In this document: positions 58,238 through 64,000 of the stretch, piece after piece | How positions within the stretch are numbered: the stretch's first letter is position 1 | Layout of the letters: every line of letters begins with the position of its first letter | DNA from: an uncultured Pseudomonadota bacterium | GTDB lineage: Bacteria; Oederibacteriota; Muellerivitia; Muellerivitales; Muellerivitaceae | Length of the DNA: 64,000 nucleotides | Assembly: GCA_963770835.1 (NCBI GenBank) | Contig: CAVYRH010000004.1 | Coordinates: 160,001-224,000, forward strand | Direction of reading: 5' to 3' | Made by a program: the position numbers and the translations under genes | Notes under the pieces: generated by a model | What the model saw: the letters and a program-made list of their open reading frames with translations, nothing else | The model's database searches: none | Told to the model about the DNA's origin: nothing

Positions 58238-60388
58238 TTGGAATTTTTCAAAAACACCCAGGTGAAAAAAGCGGCTTTTCCGGCAGTGTTTGTTTTAGCC
58301 GCATTGGGCCAATGGTTCATGGCCCAAAACCAGGCAACGGCAACCGTTTTTCCGGCGCTGTTTTTTTACGCTTTCGCGCTTTATCTTTGGTTTCTCACTT
58401 TAAAAAAAGAGAAAACCGGACTCCTGGATGAAAAGCCCCTGACGGCCCGGCTGGAATGGGTGTTGTTTGGCTTTATCCTTTTAATAGCTTTTTTTTTAAG
58501 GGTTTATGAGCTTGATCAAATCCCTTCGGGCATCTACCTGGATGCCTCAGGGCCCGCCCTTTACGCCCTTAAAATGCTTCACGAGCATTTTAAGCCCCCC
58601 TTTATGCTTCCCGCCTTCGCGGCCAATCCTTCGTATTTGGTGTATCTTTTGGCAGTTTGGTTCCGTTGGTTTTCCCCGACCCAGGTGAACCTGTTCCTGT
58701 TTTACGTTGTTTTCGCCATGGCCGCTTTGCCTTTCATTTATTGGACTTTTCGCCAATTGGCAGGCCCCCAGTCCGCTCTTTTAACCGTTTATTTCATCGC
58801 CGTCATGCGGTGGCACATGGTTTTCAGCCGAATCGGCTTTCGGGGAATCCAGGTTCCCTTTTACATGTTTGGAACCCTGGCGTTTTTTCTCTACGGTTTA
58901 AAACTCAAGAAAGGTTGGCCTTTTTTCCTTTCCGCGCTGTTTTTAACAGGCGGGTTATACACTTATCAATCCTTTAAAGCATTCCCTTTAATGATGTTGA
59001 TCCTGTTGGTTTACGAGCATTTCAAAAACCCCAAAACGCTGAAAGCCCTGGCGGTTCCCCTCCTGGCATCGGCCGCTTTGTGCGGTTTCTTCACGGTTCC
59101 CTTACTCCATTACTGGAACCAGCAGGGCAGCCTGGGAACCCGGGAATCGCAGATTTTTATCGGGAAAGAGGTGGTCCAGGAGAAAAGCCTGCGGCCCTTG
59201 GCGGAGAAAGCCCTGCAAACCGCCTTGATGTTTAACCGAAAGGGCGAAGAACAACCGCGGCATAATTTCAAAGATCACCCAATCCTCGACGATGTCACGG
59301 GGCTCTTTTTTATTTTGGGTTTTTTCCTCGCGCTTTGGAAATTCCGGCAAAAGCCTTATTTTTACGCGGTTTGCGGCTTTTTCGTCATGAGCCTGCCCGG
59401 CCTGCTTTCCAGCGAGGAAACCCAATCTCATCGGATGCTGGGCGCCCTCCCTTTCGCGGCTTTTTTCGCGGCCGGCGCGGTTTTAACCTGGCGCAAGGGC
59501 ATGGCCGAGCGTTTTCCTTCCTTTCGTCCCTGGGTTAACGGCCTCGTGATGGGGCTTCTGATTTTCGCGGCCATCGAAAATATCAAAACTTATTTCGTGG
59601 ACCAGGCAGGGGATTATGACTGTTGGAGGGATTTCAACATCGAGGCTACGACCGTTGGGAAAACCGTCGTCCAGCACCCGAACACGGTCTTTTACCTGGC
59701 GCCGGCCTTTTACGACCATTTCACGGTTCAATACCTGGATTATTTCGAGTCCAACCGCGTCCATTTACTGGATTTGGGGGAAATGAACCATCTACCTCTG
59801 GATACCCGCCTTTCCAAGATTTGCTTCGTCCTGGACGAGGGAAAAAGTCCGACTTTGGCCTTTTTGAAAGGCCTCTATCCTCAGGGACAGGAAGAGCCTT
59901 TTAAGGACCGGTACGGGAAAACACTCGCGTTTTTTTATTACGTTTCGGGCCAGGTAAAACCGATTTCGTTTCAAAAGGGCCTCCAAAGATGGGAAAACCC
60001 TAATGAAAACTCTCCCGACTTGGTCTCCACCGGACTTGTACAAGACCCCCTCATTAATTTCACTAATATCGGCGATTTGGGGGTCAGCCATCCGCCGGTT
60101 TTGGCGGTTTGGAAGGGGAAAATTCGTATACCGGCAACGGGTTCTTACGGTTTTCTCATTCTCACCCAAGATAAAGGAGAATTGGATTTGGATGGCCGGA
60201 AAGTGGTGGAGAACCTTCAAGGTGGGGAAGAAGTGATCCGCTTGACGGCAGGGTGGCATTCCGTCGAGCTAACCTGCCAGAGGGACAATAACCCGGATGT
60301 GGCCCTGGATTTCCACCTTCTCTGGAAAAAGCCCGGTAACCTCAACTATGAAGTCGTTCCGAATTCGGCTTTCGGGAAAATCCGATAA
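58238..60388 (+). CDS. ArnT/PMT-like (GT-C) membrane glycosyltransferase with a C-terminal PA14-like domain
   Basis: LRVYEL...P.G.Y.D, WH..FSR.GFR and YTY; C-terminal W.GKIRIPATGSY.F...D...L.LDG...LTAGWH...L.WKKP; TTG start after AAGGA. Confidence 0.8.
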   Translation: MEFFKNTQVKKAAFPAVFVLAALGQWFMAQNQATATVFPALFFYAFALYLWFLTLKKEKTGLLDEKPLTARLEWVLFGFILLIAFFLRVYELDQIPSGIYLDASGPALYALKMLHEHFKPPFMLPAFAANPSYLVYLLAVWFRWFSPTQVNLFLFYVVFAMAALPFIYWTFRQLAGPQSALLTVYFIAVMRWHMVFSRIGFRGIQVPFYMFGTLAFFLYGLKLKKGWPFFLSALFLTGGLYTYQSFKAFPLMMLILLVYEHFKNPKTLKALAVPLLASAALCGFFTVPLLHYWNQQGSLGTRESQIFIGKEVVQEKSLRPLAEKALQTALMFNRKGEEQPRHNFKDHPILDDVTGLFFILGFFLALWKFRQKPYFYAVCGFFVMSLPGLLSSEETQSHRMLGALPFAAFFAAGAVLTWRKGMAERFPSFRPWVNGLVMGLLIFAAIENIKTYFVDQAGDYDCWRDFNIEATTVGKTVVQHPNTVFYLAPAFYDHFTVQYLDYFESNRVHLLDLGEMNHLPLDTRLSKICFVLDEGKSPTLAFLKGLYPQGQEEPFKDRYGKTLAFFYYVSGQVKPISFQKGLQRWENPNENSPDLVSTGLVQDPLINFTNIGDLGVSHPPVLAVWKGKIRIPATGSYGFLILTQDKGELDLDGRKVVENLQGGEEVIRLTAGWHSVELTCQRDNNPDVALDFHLLWKKPGNLNYEVVPNSAFGKIR

Positions 60389-60393
60389 GGGCG

Positions 60394-61365
60394 TTACTTC
60401 GAGTCGGCGGGCGGGGCGGGGTTTTCCTCCACCGGCTTTTGGGTTTCTTGAAAAAGAAAAAGGGTCCCCCAGACCTTGCCCGAAAGGGTGGTACCGGAGG
60501 CGCTGTCCAGACGGAACCGCTTAGGTTTATTGTTCCAAACGATGTCCACATATTCCCGCTTGAGTTCCTTCCGGTCCTTTAGGGATTGGGCCATCCTCGC
60601 GCCGATTTCCCCCAGGGCGTTCTCCTTAAAAAGGTACAAATTAGTCAGGGATTTGGGGTTCATCTCCAGGATTTTCCCGACGGGCGCGTTGACGAAAAAA
60701 ATGTTTCCATCCGTGGAAACGGCCAGCGCCCCAATGGGAAGTGAATCCAAAACGTTCTTCAGAGTGGCCGCGTATTCCAAGGCCATTTGGTCGCCTTCCT
60801 TCACCCTTTCGGACAAAAGGCGCGCCTTCCGGACTAGGTCAGTGATTTCCTTTTCCTCTTGGACGGTCCGGAAGGCCAGGTAGGCCGAATGGATGGAAAC
60901 CACGAAAAGCAGGGCGCAGGACAAAAGCAGGAAGGGGTCCATGTAATTGAAGTTGTCGCTTTTGACGTAAACCAAGTAAATGTAGAGGGCCACCACCGCG
61001 ATGGCCACGAAGAGGCTTCGCCCCACGGACTGGCTCAAGGCCGAAATGAAAAAGGTGAGGAAGGTCAGGATGAGAAGGTTGGTCTCGAAGCGGTCGAAGA
61101 GATAAAGCCCGGCCAGGAGAAAGACGAAGTCCATGGAAAAGACAATGTATTGGAAGCGCACCTTCCCAAAGACATCCTCCTTCAGGAAATAAAAGGGGAG
61201 AAAAGTAGCCGCCAGGGCCAGGGCATAGGCCAGCACGGTGATTTTTTGATCCGGGTGGGCCTGAAGGAAAAGGAAGGCAAAACAATAAAGCGTGAGCGCC
61301 AGCAACAAGCGGATCAAGAAGATGTTCTTCTTGACGCGGGGTGTGGCTTGTTGGATTTCACTCAT
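60394..61365 (-). CDS. Polytopic membrane protein with coiled coil and PAS domain, no output domain (PilS N-terminal-like)
   Basis: About 6 TM helices; NVLDSLPIG..AV..DG.I.FVN PAS start; ends G.LFLFQE followed by a short tail; no H-box. Confidence 0.75.
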   Translation of the reverse strand: MSEIQQATPRVKKNIFLIRLLLALTLYCFAFLFLQAHPDQKITVLAYALALAATFLPFYFLKEDVFGKVRFQYIVFSMDFVFLLAGLYLFDRFETNLLILTFLTFFISALSQSVGRSLFVAIAVVALYIYLVYVKSDNFNYMDPFLLLSCALLFVVSIHSAYLAFRTVQEEKEITDLVRKARLLSERVKEGDQMALEYAATLKNVLDSLPIGALAVSTDGNIFFVNAPVGKILEMNPKSLTNLYLFKENALGEIGARMAQSLKDRKELKREYVDIVWNNKPKRFRLDSASGTTLSGKVWGTLFLFQETQKPVEENPAPPADSK

Positions 61366-61462
61366 GGGGGGTTGAAAACCTTTTTTTATTGCCACAAAAT
61401 CCACGGAAACATTTTTAAATGTCAAAGTGCCGTGGATTCCATCATAAGGCGGGCCAATTTCC

Positions 61463-62399
61463 ATGCAAAGCCAAAAGACAACCTATCCCCCCAGTGTGTG
61501 GCTGGCCCTGGCCTTGGTCTATCTCGTTTGGGGTTCCACCTATTTGGGCATTCACTTCGCTATCCAGTCCATCCCTCCCTTTCTCATGGCGGGAGCCCGC
61601 TTTTTAACCTCCGGCCTGATCCTTTTCGGCTTCGCCGTTTTATACGGCCTGGCTTCCTCCAAGGGATTTCCCCGGATCACCTGGGGCCATTGGAAGTCTT
61701 CCGCCGTCATCGGTTTTTTCCTGTTGCTCATCGGCAACGGCGGCGTGTGCTGGGCCGAACAAAAGGTGCCCTCCGGCATGGCGGCCCTCCTCGTGGGGAC
61801 GGTGCCCCTTTGGATGGCACTCTTGGAATGGACCTGGAAAAAGGGGTCAAGGCCGGGGCCCCAGGTTTGGATCGCCTTACTGCTGGGGTTCACGGGGATC
61901 GCCGTCTTGGTTCTGCTCCGGCCCGGGGATGGGCCCTTGCGGGTGGACCCCCTTTGGGCCCTCTTGCTGGTGGGAACCTCGCTGGCCTGGTCCTGGGGCT
62001 CCCTTTACGTCCGGTCCGCGTCGCTCCCTTCCTCCGCCCTCCTCGCCACGGCCCTGGAAATGATCGCTGGGGGCTTTCAGCTATTGGTGGCTGGGTTCCT
62101 GCTGGGGGAACCCAGCCGGTTCCACTTCTACCAATTGACCACCTCCTCGGTAGAGGCCTGGGTTTACCTGACGCTGGTGGGTTCGCTGATCGGTTTTACC
62201 TCTTAATATTTGGGTCCTGCAAAAGGCCACGCCGGGCTTGGCCTCTACTTATGCCTTCGTGAACCCCGTCATCGCGGTCTTCCTGGGCTGGCTTTTGGCC
62301 GGGGAGGCCCGCTCGCCTTCCCTTTCCCTGGCGGCGGCCCTGATCGTGACGGCTGTCATCCTGATCACCCGCGCCTCCCCCCGAAACCGGGGGAATTGA
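61463..62399 (+). CDS. EamA/DMT transporter (YedA-like), +1 frameshift at 62205-62206
   Basis: VYLVWGSTYLGI, PPFLMAGARF and AEQKVPSG; after TCT-TA(A)T the next frame gives IWVLQKATP..ASTYAFVNPVIAVFLGWLLAGE, stop at 62399. Confidence 0.85.
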
Positions 62400-62481
62400 G
62401 CGGTTTTTAATTCCCACGGTTTCCCCGGCATTTCATTAAAATCCCTCCAGGTTGATAACTCGAAAGACTGGCGGCTTTCCC

Positions 62482-63753
62482 ATGGGCGAAACCATCTCGA
62501 ACATCGCGGTCATCGGCGGCGGCGCGGCGGGGTTGACGGCCGCCTATCTGCTCCAACAACATTACGTGGTCACCCTCTATGAAAAGAACAACTACGCGGG
62601 AGGGTACGCCAATACCGTTGTGATCCCCAACGGGCCGGATAAGGGAAAGCCAGTGGATACGGGTTTCACCCTGCTGAACGACCAGACCTATCCCACTTTT
62701 CGCCGGCTATTGAACCGTCTGGGGGTTGCCATCCGTCCCAGCGAATTTTCTTTCGGCTATTGGGACGAGAAGAGCGGGCTGCAATACGCGGCTACCGGCC
62801 CCAACGGCTTTTTCGCCCAGAGGTCCAACCTATGGAATTCCGCCTTCTGGAAAATTCTCCGCGAGTGGGTGTGGTTCAAGCGCCGGGCTTGGCGGGACAT
62901 GACCACGGGGAAACTTGATTCCCTTACCCTGGGGGAATACATCGAGCAGGGGAAATTTTCCGAAGGGTTCTCAAGGGACTGCCTTCTTCCCCTGGGATCG
63001 GCCATCTGGTGCACCTCCGTGAGGGAAATGAAACAGTTTCCCGCGGCCATGTTCGCAAGAGTTTTGGAGGGTTTTGGTTTTTTGGGCCAATCCCGCCGAC
63101 TTCAGTGGCAGACCGTGGAGGGGGGGAGCCACAACTACGTCAAGGCCATCGTGAGAACATTCAAGACGCGGGTCCGGCTGGGCGACCCCGTGGAGGAAGT
63201 GAAACGGAAGAAGGAACAGGTTTTGGTGCGCACCCGGGCCGGCCAGGAACAGGCTTATGACAAGGTAGTATTGGCATGCCACGCGGACGAGGCCTTAGGG
63301 CTTTTGGCCGACCCCAGCGAAGAGGAACAAAAACTTCTTTCGGTATGGAACTACCAGAAAAACAACGCCGTCCTCCACACCGACCGGGACGTCATACCGC
63401 CCCTTAAAAACGCCTGGGCCTGCTGGAACTATGTGCGGGAAAGGGACGCCACGCTGCCCCAGCCTGTTTCCATGACCTACCACATCAACCGCTTGCAGGG
63501 GCTGGAGTCCCAGGAACCCTATTTCGTGACCTTGAACCGGGTACGGCCCATTCCCGAAAGATATATCCTCAGGGAAATGTATTACACCAACCCCACTTTT
63601 ACGATGACAGCGGTCGAATCCCAAAAGGAGCTGCCCCGCCTGAATGGGGCCAACAATACCTATTATTGTGGCAGTTACTTTGGAGACGGCTTTCATGAGG
63701 ATGCGGTGAAATCGGCCGTGGCGGTGGCTCAATGCTTTGGCATCGATTTATGA
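62482..63753 (+). CDS. FAD-dependent oxidoreductase (amine-oxidase family normally paired with DUF1365 and cfa)
   Basis: IAVIGGGAAGL, VDTGF..N..TYP, ACHADEAL, LHTD, TY..NRLQ and GSYFG.GFHED. Confidence 0.88.
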   Translation: MGETISNIAVIGGGAAGLTAAYLLQQHYVVTLYEKNNYAGGYANTVVIPNGPDKGKPVDTGFTLLNDQTYPTFRRLLNRLGVAIRPSEFSFGYWDEKSGLQYAATGPNGFFAQRSNLWNSAFWKILREWVWFKRRAWRDMTTGKLDSLTLGEYIEQGKFSEGFSRDCLLPLGSAIWCTSVREMKQFPAAMFARVLEGFGFLGQSRRLQWQTVEGGSHNYVKAIVRTFKTRVRLGDPVEEVKRKKEQVLVRTRAGQEQAYDKVVLACHADEALGLLADPSEEEQKLLSVWNYQKNNAVLHTDRDVIPPLKNAWACWNYVRERDATLPQPVSMTYHINRLQGLESQEPYFVTLNRVRPIPERYILREMYYTNPTFTMTAVESQKELPRLNGANNTYYCGSYFGDGFHEDAVKSAVAVAQCFGIDL

Positions 63754-64000
63754 GGGAACTCCAACGAAAAACTGTCGGGGACTGGTAAAGGCCTGTCGAA
63801 ATCTTATGATTAACTGTGGGAATAATTAATCCCACAATACCCTGAAGACCATCTCCCATTGGGAGGGGTTGGCGGTGTTGCCACAATGTATGGATTTTTG
63901 CCGCTTCAACGGGGCAAGGAACCCACCCAGAGGCTGTTTTAAGGTGATAACGCTCCACCCCCGGGGTATAATTTCGTTGGGAATGAACGTCTTCCAAAGG

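Noticed and set aside
17100..62210. Programmed ribosomal frameshifting in nuoD, korA and EamA
   Set aside because: No shared slippery sequence or stimulatory element, and homolog-like sequence is restored by deleting one base, so consensus error is more parsimonious.
60859..62262. 467-aa + strand ORF and similar long alternative-frame or antisense ORFs (20961-22121, 39638-40807, 24899-25726)
   Set aside because: They overlap well-supported genes and have the composition of off-frame GC-rich sequence.
63790..64000. Open minus-strand frames and a TGTGGGA..TCCCACA palindrome at the window end
   Set aside because: Too short and truncated to choose a frame or assign a function.

Overview
A 64-kb chromosomal window from a moderately GC-rich diderm bacterium, probably an uncultured lineage; the taxon cannot be determined from the sequence alone. 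The core is energy metabolism: a 14-gene nuoA-N complex I operon preceded by two Rex/CRP-type boxes, gnd, and a cluster of 2-oxoacid:ferredoxin oxidoreductase (korAB), 4x[4Fe-4S] ferredoxin, TrxB-type ferredoxin-NADP reductase and actinobacterial-type (Sdh1) succinate dehydrogenase. Around it are cell-surface genes: a PorV-like barrel fused to three FN3 domains, a PorT-like barrel, two tandem paralogous secreted proteins with very long, near-strictly alternating (T-X)n stalks, DUF11 and FlgD-like domains and T9SS-like C-terminal tails, two smaller Thr/Pro-rich exported proteins, and two GT-C-type membrane proteins (YfhO; PMT/ArnT-like + PA14). There is also a type IV pilin and a membrane-anchored pentein (deiminase-like) enzyme. 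Most notable: (i) an inferred T9SS-like export plus glycosylation system for Thr-stalk proteins; (ii) two candidate tandem small-RNA genes at 57.6-57.95 kb with a shared closing stem; (iii) AT-rich genes inserted inside the nuo and sdh operons; (iv) several families of intergenic palindromic/heptamer repeats, one arm apparently in-frame inside nuoM; (v) structured leaders before korA and the ferredoxin; (vi) three +1 frameshifts in conserved genes (nuoD, korA, EamA), most likely sequencing errors. No rRNA, tRNA, CRISPR array, transposase or integrase was seen. All family assignments come from motif recognition by eye, not database searches.
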